The notes under the pieces are model-generated. The model was not told the origin of the DNA, searched no databases, and saw only the letters and a program-made list of their open reading frames with translations. The position numbers and the translations under genes are program-made. DNA of 24,468 nucleotides from a virus (lineage: Duplodnaviria > Caudoviricetes), in IMG/VR virus record IMGVR_UViG_3300027707_000105, positions 1-24,468 of that record. One strand, given 5' to 3'. This document shows positions 24,228-24,468 of the stretch, piece after piece (position 1 is the first letter of the stretch; every line of letters begins with the position of its first letter).

Positions 24228-24468
24228 TTAAAAGTTCTCGTAATGAGTTCTTCCGTTAAGTTTAACTGCTCTTAATATTTTCTTTCTGTTTTTTACTGAA
24301 CTATATGAAACGTGTATCCACTCTGGATTTTTATCAGTTCCAAACTCCCAGATTAATTGGTCAAACTCTAAATTCTTTTTAATGTAATCAAATAAATCTT
24401 TATTGCTTGGCTTTGTATTGTTACCCATATCAATATCGATAGCTTCTCCTCTACAATGTTGGCTAGTT
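24228..24468 (-). CDS. Peptidase M15-family endolysin, 5' end outside the window
   Basis: Frame stays open to the right edge: TSQHCRGEAIDID (SxHxxGxAxD)...FDQLIWE...WIHVSY Zn-peptidase motifs. Confidence 0.88.
   Translation of the reverse strand, partial: TSQHCRGEAIDIDMGNNTKPSNKDLFDYIKKNLEFDQLIWEFGTDKNPEWIHVSYSSVKNRKKILRAVKLNGRTHYENF

Noticed and set aside
1-24468. CRISPR array, tRNA, integrase/att site, intron/intein, diversity-generating retroelement, stop-codon reassignment
   Set aside because: No regularly spaced repeats, cloverleaf, recombinase or reverse transcriptase seen; core genes are uninterrupted and TAA, TAG and TGA all serve as stops

Overview
AT-rich (roughly 30% GC by eye) fragment of a tailed dsDNA phage, probably a small siphovirus of a Flavobacteriia/Bacteroidota host. 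The host call rests on TAnnTTTG promoters, A-rich leaders without Shine-Dalgarno sites and a DUF3127-type SSB. All credible genes are on the minus strand and tightly coupled. In transcription order (right to left): truncated peptidase M15 endolysin, small membrane protein, metallophosphoesterase, a structured ~420 bp intergenic region, Cys-rich and lipoprotein (u-spanin-like) genes, NinG, a putative sRNA, a cluster of small early genes, ERF, SSB, helicase, an ECF-like sigma factor, PD-(D/E)XK nuclease, 5'-3' exonuclease, orphan adenine methyltransferase, a stand-alone DnaA domain IV protein, TerS, TerL, a tail chaperone with a -1 frameshift, neck and tail genes, tape measure, XkdF-like protease, scaffold, major capsid, major tail protein and a truncated ORF. 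No integrase, portal, primase, tRNA or CRISPR array was seen. The most interesting content is a readable regulatory layer: (1) a repeated TGCAA-N15/16-CGTTATAT late-promoter motif that fits the phage sigma factor; (2) a 29-bp repeat holding paired DnaA-box-like nonamers inside two early promoters, together with a phage DnaA-IV protein; (3) an sRNA antisense to early-gene start regions; (4) a terminator RNA whose loop pairs with its own 5' end; (5) two unrelated hairpins with an identical 8-nt loop. Protein family calls come from motif recognition only; no searches were run.
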